This document shows positions 22,608 through 36,500 of a DNA stretch of 64,000 bases, one piece after another; positions within the stretch are counted from its first letter, which is position 1; the number at the start of each line of letters is the position of its first letter. The stretch lies in the NCBI RefSeq assembly GCF_030686945.1, contig NW_027122708.1, positions 5,930,248-5,994,247 on the forward strand, in the 5' to 3' direction. The DNA is from Centruroides vittatus (taxonomy: Eukaryota). The notes beneath the pieces were generated by a model. The model ran no database searches. It was given only the letters and a program-made list of their open reading frames with translations, and had not been told where the DNA came from. The translations under genes and the position numbers were made by a program.

Positions 22608-23400
22608 AAGTTGTTGTTGTTGTTGTTATTATTATGTTGGGTTAAGTGAGATATACTCGGTTAACACCGGTGGCTGTGTACTATGCCGGACCAAAGTCAA
22701 GGCATAGTAACCAAAACAGAAATTAGAGAAGTGTATCAGTGTGTGTGTCTGTATTCAGGAATTTTCTCACAATATGACATGTATTCAATATAGTGGCCTT
22801 CTGTAGTGTGATGTATGTGTTTCTATTCAATTGTAATGTGCCCAGGCTTTTGTGTAGTGTGTGTGGTATGACACCTGTAGAGGAGAGAACAACAGGTACA
22901 ATAAGCACCCTATCCATCCTCCACAGATGCCTTATTTCCTGGGCAAGTTCAGTGTACTTGCTGACTTTTTCAGTGCATGCATTTTGCATATTGTGTGTTT
23001 GGAATGGATATGTCTATAATGTATGTGATTTTATTGTGTTTGTCAATGAGTGTGATGTCTGGTCTGTTGTGGTAAATTGTTTTATCTGTGATTATGGCTC
23101 TGTCGTAGTACATTTTGTGCGTGTTGCTTTCCAATACTGTCTGTGGAATGTATTTGTAGTACGGTTTGTGGATGTCTACTAATTTGTGTTTCTTTGCAAG
23201 CTCTTGGTGTATTATATTTGCTATTTGATTATGTCTGTGTAAATAATCTGTCTGTGCCAAGAGCTTGCAACCAGAGGTGATGTGTTGTATAGTTTCTGGC
23301 ATTATGTGACATTTTCTGCATGTGTCATTTGTGAGTGTTGCATCTTTGAGTATGTGTTTTCTGTAGTTTTTAGTATTTATGACCTGATCCTGTATGTTAT
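22608..23400 (-). mobile_element. 5'-truncated non-LTR retrotransposon copy. It keeps the ORF2 C-terminal region (CX2CX8HX4C motif CRKCHIMPETIQHITSGC followed by a conserved roughly 200-aa tail) and the 3'UTR, and ends in a (TAA)3(CAA)6 microsatellite tail.
   Basis: ORFs 22970-23548 and 22723-22989 are read-through-related (RPDITLIDKHNKITYIIDISIP, EKVSKYTELAQEIRHLW). The + strand shows (GTT)6(ATT)3 at 22608-22634, which is the tail in sense orientation. Confidence 0.55.
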
Positions 23401-25852
23401 TATTATTATTATTTAGAAAGAAATACAGAAGGATTAAAATAACTGTTGAAATATAGTTTGTCATAGGTAGCAAAAATCTGAACAGAGAACAAATAGTTAG
23501 AAACATTTCATCATTTTGAAACAAACTATGTTCCATATAATAATGCATTAAAAATTGTGGAATGCACTCTGTCCTTACCAGGAACTAATGCTGTGACTGA
23601 ATGCATTTAAGATTTATAATAGTATATATATTTATTTATATTTGTAAATTTTACATATGTTGAAATTTTAAAAAAATATAATACAATACAATTTTTGCAT
23701 TTTTTTGATGATAAAAGTTTGTTGCTCTAGAACAATTTTTTCAATAAGACAACCATTCCCCCCATCAATTTTGTCCCGCTTCACCAATGTAAAAATCTGG
23801 TGACCTTAATGTAAACACATAGAATTAGTCACTTATTTACAAATTATATTATAATTTAATTGCTGGAATAAGAGAATTAAAGTGGTTTTTCTATATTCTG
23901 TATACTAATATAACAAAATTGCAATGTTTTATTAAATTATTTGCTTTTTAATGTTGAATTTTATTATTATTGTAATATTTATTATGCAATTAGTATTTCC
24001 ATACAACTAAATTTCTTCCTTTATTTAAATTTTTTATTTCCAAAACTTAAATAAAAAAAATACTTTTTAAAAAATAAAATTGACTTACTACTATTCATTT
24101 CTTCTATGTGAATACTAGTTTCACCATTTATGACACCACTTGATTCATTATTCCTATGGTCTTTATCTTCAAAGCTATTATCACCAGATTCACTAATTTT
24201 CAAAAGATTTTAAAATTATATATTTCTGTAGTACATATCTACTATAGGCCAAGGGTTTCTGACTCCCACAATATTTTGCATAAATTCAAAACAGTCAAAA
24301 AATTTCACAAATATTAGTTGAATATATTTTTTGTGTGTACAGCAATAACTACTTATAGAAAAATATAAAATCTATATTTATGAAATTAAATAAAAAGTAA
24401 GTTTATAACATCTTTTCATGTAAATGTTTCTACTAACCTAAACAGTAATTTATATTTTAGGGCTTATCACATCAGTGAATAAATTTATAAATATAAATAT
24501 AAAACAAATTTCTTAAATTTATTTTATATTTAAGTTTACAATAGAATAAAGGAATTTTACAATAATTAAATCTAATATGTATACAATACACACAAAATGC
24601 ATTTCATAAGTAATATTAAAGAAACTAAATTTTATAATAGATATGTAGACAATTATTTCATTATACATAATATTATTATTTCCTTGGGATTTGATTGTAA
24701 AGATTCATACCACAATTTATTTGATGTAATGTTTCAGTCAACACTTCAGAGACTTCAATTGTGAGTATTACCTTTATCATTTAATGCCTAAAGTAGTGTG
24801 TTAATGACTATTGTTAACTATGTGTAGAACTATTCACAGCTAGCTTGGTTATAGAAAATATAAAAAAGATGGAATTTATTGTATGGCACTTGTGAGACAA
24901 CATCAGTTTCTTAATTGTGATGTCTTCATGGCTATTTAGGATTTTAATGTAACTTTTATGAATTTTTATCATTTAATCAGCCTGAAGATGATATAATAAC
25001 ATGACTATTGAAACATCAACTGAAGAGGGACTTTTCCAGAGTCCAAAATGCATTTTGGTTGTGTTGTACACATATTAGATTTAATTTTTGTAAAATTATT
25101 TTCTTCTTTTGTAAACTTAAATATAAAATAAATTTAAGAAATTTTGTCTTAATATACACTGGTGTGATAAATCCTAAAATATAAATAACAGTTTAGGTTA
25201 GTAGAAACATTTAATGAAATTAAGGGAAAAAAGCAATAAACAATAAAATCTTTTCAGGTAAAAAAAAATCTTTACTTAATTTTCTTTTTCTTTTTTTTTT
25301 TTGCATGAGACATTTCTAAACTTTTATTCTTAAGCTTTTATAAGTTTTGAGATAAATATATTATATTCCTTTAAAAATTTCAAATTCTATGGGGGAATTT
25401 GCCTCAAGTTATGATTCAGTTATATCTACAACAGAATTTTTTATTAAAAAGTCTTTTTTAATAAGATATGTTTTCTTAAATAATTTAGTATTATTGTACA
25501 CCAGTGATGAAACAATCATGAAACAAAATTCATTATTTATCAAATTTCATATAGAAACATATGTCTAATGAACTTCTTACAAAGTGACATAATAAATTTA
25601 TCGTTATTTTCAGATAAGACAAAATAACCAGAAGTAAAAAATATCAGAACTATTTTGTAACTGAAACCTTCAAATAAAATTGCAACAATTGAAATTGAAA
25701 TCATCTGCACTAAAAGTTCCAGTAGTAATAATGAAACAAGAATCAATACAGCAGAAGTTTGTAAATCTAGCATCTACAGAACCAGAGGGGTGTCAAATTA
25801 TCAATAATAATCTGGTTTACTGGCCATTTTTATATTTTTGAAAAATTTAATA

Positions 25853-26218
25853 TACGGGTACTCCTCACTTTACGGCCTATCTGCTTAACGACCACTCGCA
25901 CTTACGACCACTCGAGTTTCGACCTGCAATTCGGGGAATCCCCTTTCTCAGCTTGAGTGTCGGTCAGTGGCAGATGGTGACATGCGCACTAAGCGTCCTA
26001 TAATAGGCTTGCGCTTACTATAATAGTCTTATAGTACTATAATAGGCTAATAGCATACTATAATAGTCTTTTTATTAATAAATTTGAAGCTTGTTGCATA
26101 ATTTGTATAATTTTACAACAATCCTATATTCCCGGCGCAAGCTCCTCGCTTATCGACCAATTCGCTTAACGACGTAGTCGTCGGAACGGAACTCGGTCGT
26201 AAAATGAGGAGTACCTGT
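25853..26218. mobile_element. MITE of about 366 bp with terminal inverted repeat tac(g/a)ggtactcctca(c/t)tttacg, subterminal cgcttaacgac / cttacgacc repeats and a TA flank
   Basis: The left tacgggtactcctcactttacgg is the reverse complement of the right ccgtaaaatgaggagtacctgta. Confidence 0.65.
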
Positions 26219-28576
26219 ATTATATGATCATAGCAGACATTGCTGTATGTTTTTACATTGCACAAATTGCTACTGTATGCTTCTGGTTTAAACAGAAAAT
26301 TTATTCAGCCTGAAGATGATGTAATACATGACTATACTGTGTTAAGATTGATTTAAAAACCTGCAAAACATTAATAAGCATATTACTTTACAAAATTTAC
26401 ATCCACATTGATTCATATGCATAAAATATTCATTTTCCAGACATTTACTGTATTTCATCTTAGTTTTCAGTGCATCACATGTTTAAATAAATTCCAATTC
26501 ACAGAATACTAGCATGCCAGATTACCATCAATTCCAAATGACTGGTTACTTTTCAGAGAGTGCTTCTTTACTGAATATTCCAGATAATTGTTTGCTGAAT
26601 TAACAAATAAATGTCCACTGTATTTGAAATTGTTTTCAGATCCTAATTGCTAATTAGTGATTGACCAATATAGAAATTATTCAATCCGATCCAGATATTT
26701 TTTTTATCTGATCTGATATGTATTCAATAATACTTGAGAATCTAAAGATTTATTATATTTAAGGATTTTAATTTGCTACAAACATGAAAATGACAATATT
26801 AAAATATTTTTTTAAATTAAATGAACGCTTTACTTTATTTGCATATCATCATCTTACACTAACATATAAATATGGAAGTATAAATTCGATATAATACTGT
26901 GATTAATTAATAAAAATAAAATAGAAAATAATTGAAGATGAATATGACAAGTGTTTTCACCATGGGATGAGCTATTTTTAGTGAGGCATACTTGTCTATG
27001 ACAGTGATGATCATGCATATTTTTTCTAAAAAATTATCTTAAAAAATGCACAAGTATTTCTTTTGCATACCTATAAATCCAAATTTTTAAAAAGGTAGCA
27101 TGCTATTTTTTCAAATTTTTTACTTCCTTTTATCAATATATTTTTCTTTTCAAAATGAGACTCTATTTGATTTTTTTTTGAATTTATTAAAAAGTAACAA
27201 ATATTAATATGTTGAAATGTATCTATGAAAAAATATGGAAAATAAAGAAAGATATGCTTATAAAATGATAATAAAACTTTTATTTAGCTGTTTTATCAAA
27301 ACAATTCAGAAATATTTCTACACAATTCTAGTCTACAATCAAAAATACTTCATCCCTAAAAACTATCCCATCTATTGTGTCTGCTGGCGAGCCAATTTGA
27401 CAGTCATTTCCTTTGCTGAAGAAAGTATTGAGAAAGCCTAATTCATAATGTATCTAAGAATATTAAAAACAGAATATCAGCAAAATGAGCTACTATACAA
27501 GATGTATTCTGTCCCTATAATATTGGAAACAATGTATATTGGTTAAAAAAAAAAAAGATAATTAGATATTCCATTATTGGTTGCATAATATAGGGAAATT
27601 CTGATATTGATCTGATATTTGAACACTCACTATTGCTAATATATAATCAAAGCAGAGAATCAATTAATTATGAAAATTACTTTTCAATTTTTGACTTATT
27701 CAAAATATTGCACAAAGTCTGAAATTGTTGGCCTCTAGTTTCTCATAAAAAATATCATAGTTAAGTATTTTTCATTTATAAAATTACAAATGATAAAGAG
27801 AATAAATTACTTCTCATAATAAAACTCTATGTTTATTTATTAATTATTATTAATTAATAATTTAAATAAAATATTTTTTTGTAAACCCATTTCATAAAAC
27901 ATTTTATAAACAGATGAACTTGATATGAGCATTTTATAAGATAAAATGTACTTTAGAAAAATAAATAACGTACAGCACTGTTTGTCAGCATTACATTAAA
28001 AAAAATTATTATGCAAGTACTTTCAACAATACACAACTGTCTTCTTCGGGCAAATCGTTTATAGAGAACATAACATTTAAATTCAAGTGAGAGAATCCAA
28101 ATAGGAACTAACGTTTTTTCAAACTGCTTGTCCTGCAGGTGCATGGAATATAAATTACATATATACAATTTAAAACATTTATATTGGGACCTTGAATAAG
28201 TTCTTACTATTTTTTCGTGAAAATTAATGCTTTATAAAATAAAATTGGATTAAAATATAAGGTATATAAAATTAGTAATGAATTAAATGGACAAAAACAA
28301 ATAATAAACTTGTGGGACACTGATGACTCTGTGAGGTGTTTTATCACAAACATGTGATTTACAACCTTAGCAGGTTAAAGAGTGCTATCCATAGCTCTGG
28401 TATGTCTAATGTGGGAGTTACATGGTGACATTGTTAAGATGTAAAGAGATTCCCACAAGAATAATGTTTTCGATCACTACAGTGTTTCAGAAGGAAAGTT
28501 CGAGATCAAAGTAGCTCAAAGTTACTCTGTATTACCTTTTTAGTTAGTTCTGTTGTACATTTGCTATGTACAGTAC

Positions 28577-28597
28577 ATCATCATCATCATCATCACA
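28577..28597. repeat. (CAT)7 microsatellite
   Basis: Seen directly. Confidence 0.8.
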
Positions 28598-30439
28598 ATG
28601 TTAGGAGCAAGATGGAGATGGAGCATTCTAGTAATGGCTCTAATATATAATTATTTCAACACAGTTAGCAAATTCTGTAAGGGTATAGCATATATCCCAG
28701 ATTTTGCAGAGAGTGTAACCTTGTCTCTATCATTACAAAGCATCCCATGCAATGTGGGCTCGGGTGATAATGGCAATATATAGCCAAATTTTTTTAAAAT
28801 TTGACAAATACATAACAAAGGAAAACCAAGGTAAAGAATAACCAGTGTTATGAAGACAATTCCTTCTTATGATATAAAGTGGATAATCTAGCCAACATGT
28901 CTTTGACCTGGTTGGCTAGATGTTTGAACTTGGCCAAAGAATATCCAGCACTGCAAACTGCTGATTTAAAAAGGGAAAGCTTCTCATCTACAAGCAATTG
29001 GTTGGTAGGATATAAGAACTCCCTGCATATCAGTGCCTATGATGGCAGAGTTTTTACACCTGGAGAGTAGAAAAGCTGTAGAAAAAATGATATAAGGAGG
29101 TTCACCAAATTTATGATACACAGAAAATGATGATGATGTTAAGAGATCTATATGTAAGCAGATCCAAAAAAGAGATCTTCACATCTTTCTCCTCCTCAGA
29201 GCCTTCCCATGTTAGTAGAATATCATCAACCTACTTCAAATATAGAGGATGATAATATATGGTGAGAGGAGATCTAAAAATTTTGAATTCTATGGTTCTG
29301 CCAAAATAGCCAAAATGTACTTTATGTTAACTTCTCATAAAATTGATACTAAATACCAATCAGTGATCTTAGTGATTAAAAATATCTGAACTAAAGTTTT
29401 AGTTCACATTTTTTTTTCTTGAGTTTTTTTGATGACAGAAAGATTTATAAAGAAAAGTAATAACTTAGTAAAATTATAAAAGTTAAAATAAAAATTTTTA
29501 AATTTATGTGTTTATTTGTTTATTTAAGCATACTACATACACTCCATGAGGCAGGAAAAATTTATATTCTTAGGAAATTAGTAAGAAACTTGAATTGTAA
29601 TTTTTTCAGTAGTTTTTCACCTGAAAACTCAAGTATCTAATTATAATCTAAAAGAATAAAATAATATCACTGAACTACAGTAAGTATTCAAGGATCACAA
29701 TATAAAACTGCAAGTACTGTACAATACAATACAATCAAATACAATATTTCAATCCATTGGATTATATACCTGAAATGGTCTGAATTGAGGTCAAAAACAT
29801 TATGTATTAAATGACTTTGATAATCTTCCTAGCAGTTTTTGCTTATTGAATAGTATGGTGATAAGTTTCACATATTTTCATATCAAAGTCAAATTGTCTA
29901 GCCATTATTTTTTTACACTAAATTTACTTATAAATTAAATTAAATTAAATTTATGCTATATAATTTTATCATAAAATATTTCATGTTATAATGAAAAGTT
30001 GACCCATATATTAAAATATTTACTGATTTTGTTTACAAATAAAACTTTTTTTACTTTTATTATTTTTATTGCCATCCAGAATGATAACTGTATCAACTAA
30101 AACAATTCAAACAATTTTATATAATACTGATAGTTTTCAATGTGAGAATAATGATTAATATAATATAAGTTATGCAGAAAATTTCATTAAAAAACTATCT
30201 GAATTTTAAACCAATTGAAAAATAACAATTATTTTTCAGAAAAAAAAAAAAAAAAAAATGCTTCTTTTACTTTAAAAACTTTGGGAATTAAATGCAAAGT
30301 TCAATAGAAATTTTCCTTCCAATTTTACTGTAAAACTAAAAGCTACAAGAGAAAATCAATAAATAAGTATAATTTTTTAATGTTACTGTTACAAAATAAT
30401 TTGGAGGAACAAAATATCTGTTTTTCTACATAGTCCTAG

Positions 30440-31100
30440 TCTTCTGAATGCATGTTTTAATGTATACAAACTTCTGGATGCCTTCCAAAAAACTGCTTTC
30501 AGTTGGACCCTAAGCCAGTCCAAAACACTTCCTGTATCTCTATTACCTGATAATTTTTGACCGTAGGTGGGTTCTTTAGGGGTCCAAACAAATGAAAGTC
30601 CAAAGGAGCCAAGTCAGGAATGTATGGTGGATGCTCCAATGTCTCAAATCCTAGGTGTTCTGTGGTGCTGTGCAATGGTATGAAAGCAGCATTGTTACGG
30701 ATTAACAGGATACCTTCTGACAGTGGTCATCTTGGTTTTGACCACCCAACTGATTTCAGTCTTGTTTCAAGCACATTACTATATCTAACACTGGTCACAT
30801 TTTCACTTTTTCTCTGAAAGTATCAAAAAATTGTCATCATCTTTCCAGTAGAGGGTTTATGAGTGTGTCTGATGAGGATGATGTTTCCAATGCATGGAAT
30901 GTTTTCTGCTTTCTAGTTTGTAACGAGATGATCTAAGGCAATGATTCCCAAAGTGGTCTATATCAACCCCTAGGGGTCAATTCCGAACTGCAAGGGGTCC
31001 ATGTCAGTGAATACAAAAATTGCGGGTGCATGAGATGTAAATGGGGGTCCACAAGAATGGCTCCCATTTAAGCAAGTCATGACCAAAATTTTGGCTTTCC
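30440..31100 (-). pseudogene. Degraded mariner/Tc1-like transposase remnant. The C-terminal signature LEHPPYIPDLAPLDFHLFGPLK is readable on the minus strand at about 30520-30640.
   Basis: Reverse-complement translation gives the HPPY.PDLAP.D.HLF motif typical of mariner transposases. The rest is heavily decayed. Confidence 0.5.
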
Positions 31101-31360
31101 ATAAATGGAATAATTCACATAACACAGATAGTACCTATAAACTTACATAATACTTTCTTACAATAGACATATAAATTACCTATGAAGTAAAATTTTTTAA
31201 AACAAATGTTCATGATACATGATGAAGATTTGGAGCTAGATTTGGGAAACTTTATGACTCCATGCTTTAATCATGGGAAAATTCAAGATCGATGATAGGA
31301 TCATCCTCTGTCGACGGGTCAAGCCAACAACTTAATTGCTTTGAATTTTAATTACTATAT

Positions 31361-31503
31361 TTTACGGACTATAAGACGCACTTTTTTCTTCGAAAAATTG
31401 CCTCCAAAATTCAGGTGCGTCTTATAGTCCATAGTGTCTTTTAGGTATTTTTTTTAAAAATTGCTTAAAAATTAAGGTGCATCTTATAGTCCGTAAAATA
31501 CAG
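31361..31503. mobile_element. Small MITE of about 143 bp with 27-bp terminal inverted repeat attact(a/g)tattttacggactataaga(c/t)gcac and an internal third copy of the repeat
   Basis: Left 31361-31387, right 31477-31503 and internal gtgcgtcttatagtccatag at 31416-31435. Confidence 0.6.
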
Positions 31504-32730
31504 TAATGCTAATCGTTAGAACATTCTCTTGAGTTTAATTAACCAATCTAACCTTTTTGAGACAGTTTTAGAGTTTTTGGATGATAAAGATCCAATTTTA
31601 AAAAGAAAATTTAATTAAGTGGAAACCAGACATTGCTTATTTAACAGACTTTTTTCACTAAATTTAACGAGGCTAACTTGTAGTTAGAAGGTGACAGTAT
31701 AAATTTGATAAAAACAAAGTCCATCATTTCAGCTTTTCTTGTCAAAATTAAACTAATGAAGCAAAATATTGGACAGTGTGAATTTTCCCAGTTTCCCAAT
31801 TTGTCACAGACAAACTGACAGGATGATAATGTTTCAGCCTACATTTAACATTTAAATATGCTTCACACAGACTTTGAAACTAGGTTTGATAATGTTTTGA
31901 CTATGGAAATACCACAATGGATTATCAATCCATATGGTGAAATTGTAATATGATATCCATTTCTTCAAAAAGAACTGATCAGAATAAGCACTAACAAAGA
32001 ACTTAAGGTACAATTCAGAAAGGGATATCAGCAATTTTGGTTTCAGAAAGACATACGTATTACTTATCCTGCATTATGGACTATCGCGAGAAAGTTTTTG
32101 ATAGCTTTTTCCATCTTCATACCTCGTGGAAAGGGGTTTCAGCATGGTTGACAATCTTCTTACAAAAGGAAGAAACAAATTAGAAATCACCAATCAAGGA
32201 GATTTAAGATTAAATCTAACTAAATTGAAGCCAAATATTGAAAATTTGCTATTAAAGCATCAGGCTCATCCCTCCAATTAAAAGCATTTATTTTTTTGTG
32301 TAGTTATTTTATGTTATAATTTTACTAGATTTGCATTTTACATTGTCTTAATTAATAAACATATAAAACTTAACATGTGTGTTTTTTTTTAACTTTTTCA
32401 CTCTACAGTTAAACCTATCAAAGTGAGTAGCACCGTGTCAGCTGACAAAAACACCTTTGAAGTTGATGAATTTGTAAGAATTCAATATTAGAAAGGAGGG
32501 GTGACCCAAACAAAACAGAAAAAATTGACATGTGGTCTATGAGACAAAAAAGTTTGAAGATCTCTGATCTAAGGATTCATCACCTGTCACAATGCAAGTA
32601 AGAAATTACTTTCCTTTAAGAATGTAATGGTGTAAATCTCTCTCACAAGCATGAATGAATGTTGTATTTGTTCATGCTTGTGATTTGTTGTCAGCTGTTT
32701 TGAAACCCATTTGCTGCAAATCCCAACTTG

Positions 32731-33111
32731 TTATGCATAATGCTGTAGGTCAATATGTGTTAAACTCTTTGGCAATATAGTCAGTAGTGATTCTTTTACA
32801 CTCATGAATTCTCTGATCAATTCTTCTTTCACCATATCAGTCACTACAGTGGTTAGGCATCCAGAATGGTTGTTGAAGTTCAAATTCTCTCTCCCATTCT
32901 TGAATATTTGTACTAGTTGATATACATCTTCTTGACTAAAACAATTATCACCATACTGTGCTTTTATTTGGCAATAAATTTCAGCTGGCTTCATTCCCTC
33001 ACCATTCAAAAAATGAACAACACCACACTGCTTTTCAGTAGTGCAATTTAAAAGTGGTGTGACCATTTTGAAATTACACTGCCAGGTGCAGATGTTGCAG
33101 TGTTGCACCAT
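32731..33111 (-). pseudogene. Mariner-like transposase N-terminal helix-turn-helix fragment (EKQCGVVHFLNGEGMKPAEIYCQIKAQYGDNCFSQEDVYQLVQIFKNGRENLNFNNHSG...), truncated
   Basis: The six-frame ORF matches the N-terminal helix-turn-helix domain of mariner transposases (E.R.VI.F....G.....I...L...YG......STV.RW...F..GR......SGRP). It lies immediately next to the LINE 3' end. Confidence 0.6.
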
Positions 33112-33532
33112 GACAACTGTTTAATGCAAGTGGAAAGAACCATTATGGTTCACAGATTAGCAGATTTCTTTACATTCTAATTGTAAGAGCAGTTATTACA
33201 TTACACTTATTTATTAACTTTCTTTTTTGTATTTTTTCCAAAAAAATGTGTTTATATAAAGTAAAATGAGAAAGAGACAGATGAAAAATTTCTGTTAAAT
33301 TATGGTTTTTATAGTAGAAAAATATTCCATTGTATTTATACAAAATTAATGTAGACAAACTATATTTTACAAGGGGGTTACATTTACATTGTTTACTTGT
33401 TTTTTACTTTACATACTTTTGATTTTGATTTACACCTATTTTTCCGCGAATACATTCCAAACATTAATTTGAATCTTACAATTTTATTGTTCTATTTCAT
33501 TAATAATAACATGTTTTAATTCTTCATTAGTG

Positions 33533-36500
33533 TTAGTTTGTTTTGTTTTTATAAATGTCGATTATTTTACAAAAATAGTTATAAATTTTATATAAGTCTT
33601 TTTTACCCATTTTGTTGAAGTTTTTTAACAATTCTATTAGCGAATTGCATTTATAAGTTCGAGTTATGTCATAGTGTTCACGAATATCATTTAATTTTGG
33701 ACATTTTAATATTAAATGATAAGGTGTTGAATCATCGGAGTTACATAAGAAACATTTTGTTGATAAGCTTATGTAAGTGTTGTTAACATACAGCGAATTT
33801 TTATTTAAACGAAGTTGTGCTATAAAGCGTTTTACATTCAAGTTTACCGAATACAACATATATGATTGAACTGATGGTATTTTAAATATATCTAAGTACC
33901 ACGGATGATATTTACTGCTATGTAATGAGAACTGATCTTTGTTTATGGATTGTGCCATAGCTGAGTTTAAAAGTAGTGAGTAGCCTGTTTTCCAATCTTG
34001 AATGTTATCTTGAAATAGTAGTTCTGATACTCCAAAAGAGTTGAAGATAGTTTTTAATTTGTTATGCCATAGCTGTTTATTTTTTTGAAGTTTACTTTGC
34101 TTGATGTTTTCATGATATAGAGCAATCAAATTGTTGTCACTATTGAATTTGAGTCTGTAATAAAATTTAATGATTCGTTTTAATATGAACGGGAAAGACC
34201 ATATACGATTGGTTTCATGACGTAGTGCATATCCGGGTATTGTCCGTTCTAACTGAAATAATCTGCGTAGATAGTAAATATGGAATCGTTCTAATTTGTA
34301 GAGATAATCCAAGCTCCAAATGGGACTGGCGTAGAATATCATTGGATTAATAATCGAATTGTAAAGTTTCATGTGTATTCTTAAGTCAGAAGTTTTCAAT
34401 CTGCTGCATAAAAACAAAAGATTATCGATTGCTTGATTGACTTTATTGTTAAGTTTAGAAATGTGCGATTTAAATGTTAAGTTCCAGTCAAAATTAATTC
34501 CTAGGTAATTTATCTCATTGACAGTTTGTAGCAGGATATTTTCATGATAAATTTTTGTTTCGTTAACAGATATTTTACTGTTGTTCCGAAAAATAATTAT
34601 TTTAGTTTTACTTGGATTAACTGCTAAATATTTAGACTTAAAATGCGAATTTAATTGATTGATTTTCCTTTGGAGAGAAATTTTTGTCGGTGCTACCACA
34701 ACCAAGTCATCAGCAAAGAGAATATAATGAAATGCTTTATTGCCTATGAGTATACCATCGTTTACTTCAGAAAAAAGATGATCTATATCTTTCAAATAAA
34801 AGTTAAATAAATGTGGAGATAATGGATCTCCTTGAAGAATACCACGTGAATGCGTTAATGGTGGAAGAATGTTTTTACCGTGCTTGATCTTTATTTTATA
34901 ATTTTGAAATAATATTGATATTGTTCCTGTAAATTGAGAACTAGCACCACTCTCCTTAAGTTTTTGTTGTAAAAAAGGTACATATACTGAATCGAATGCC
35001 TTTTTAATATCTATAAAAGCAGCATACACTTTTCTATGTTTTTTTACGAGATATATTTGAATAATCATTAGCAAAGTAAATATCGCAAATTCGGTGCCTT
35101 TATTTTTTGTATAAGCAAACTGAAATTCTGCTTCTAACTCGTTGATTTTGATCCAATTTTGAAATTTTTTTGCAAGTATCGATGTAAAACATTTTCTAAG
35201 TGTAGATAACAAAGCTATAGGTCTATAGTTTTCTGGAGCCATCTGGTCTCCCTTTTTATAGATCATCGTCATGATTATGGAATTCCAAGATTCAGGATAG
35301 GACAATGTGCTGTACATAGCATTGAATATTTTCAATAATTTTATTTTAGATTCCGTTGGTAGCATTTTTAAGAATTTGGTTGGTATGTTATCATCCCCTG
35401 GGGTAGTATTGTTTTTTGTTTTTTGAATTACTTCGTCGAGTTCATTCATAGTCAAGTCAGCGTTTAAATAATCATCATAATAATTAATATTTCTTTCCAT
35501 TGGAACTTTTAAATTTTTTATAATGAAGCTTTGATAAAATTTCTTCCAAGTTTCGAATCTTATACAAATGTTAATATCTCCTAGATTAGCTTTTGGTCGA
35601 AATTTTCGGATAGTATTCCAAAATATTTTGCTATTATTACTATTATTTATTAAATTTGATTCAATTCTACAAAAGTAGTTTTTCTTTTTCGTCTTAATTA
35701 AGTTATTGTAGATTCGTTTGGAGTTTTTGTAATTAATCAAATTTTCTTTATTAGGATTTTGCCTGTAAATTTTTAAATCTTGTTGCTTTCGCCGTTTTTC
35801 TTTGTAACAATCTGAATCATACCAGATTTTTTTATTTTTATTTTGCGCGTATTTGTTATCCTTGTTTGATATTATATAATCATTCATGATATTCATCATT
35901 ATTTTGTATACCTCTTCACAGTTATTATTAGTTACTTCTAGCATATTTTTAAACCGATTTCCAATTTCGGACTCATAACTAGCCAATTTGTACTTTATCT
36001 TGAAGTTGTTGTTATATATATAATCCGAATTCTCAAAAGGAAATAAACGGAATTTTGCTATTGTAGGAAAATGATCTGAAATATCAAAATTCGTAGTCTG
36101 AAATTCTACACAACAATCTAAGAATAATTCAGAGCATATTGTGAAATCTATGGTCGAAGCACCCGTATTGGTCAAGCAAGTATGTTCAGCTGGAATATCC
36201 TGTTGAATTCTGCCGTTAAGAAGAAACAATCTGTGTTCTGTTAGCAACTCGATAAAGTTTTTACCCAATCTGTTGGTTTGTTTATCTTTCGAAAGACGTT
36301 TATTAGATATATTGAAATTGGCACCTTTATATTTTGAATCTATTAACTCACCAATCCTTGCATTAAAATCTCCCACTACCAAAATGAGCGGAGAAATATG
36401 ACTCCAACTTTCTAATGTTTTAAACATATTTTTTAAAGTACTTAGATCATCAGGCAGAATATAAGCAATTAATAATGTTATTAAATTATTCGTTTTATTT

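Noticed and set aside
24979-26335. A roughly 32-bp motif tcagcctgaagatgat(a/g)taata.catgacta present twice, 1.3 kb apart, flanking the MITE at 25853-26218
   Set aside because: It is too short and too far apart to call a target-site duplication or an element. It is possibly part of an undiagnosed older repeat.
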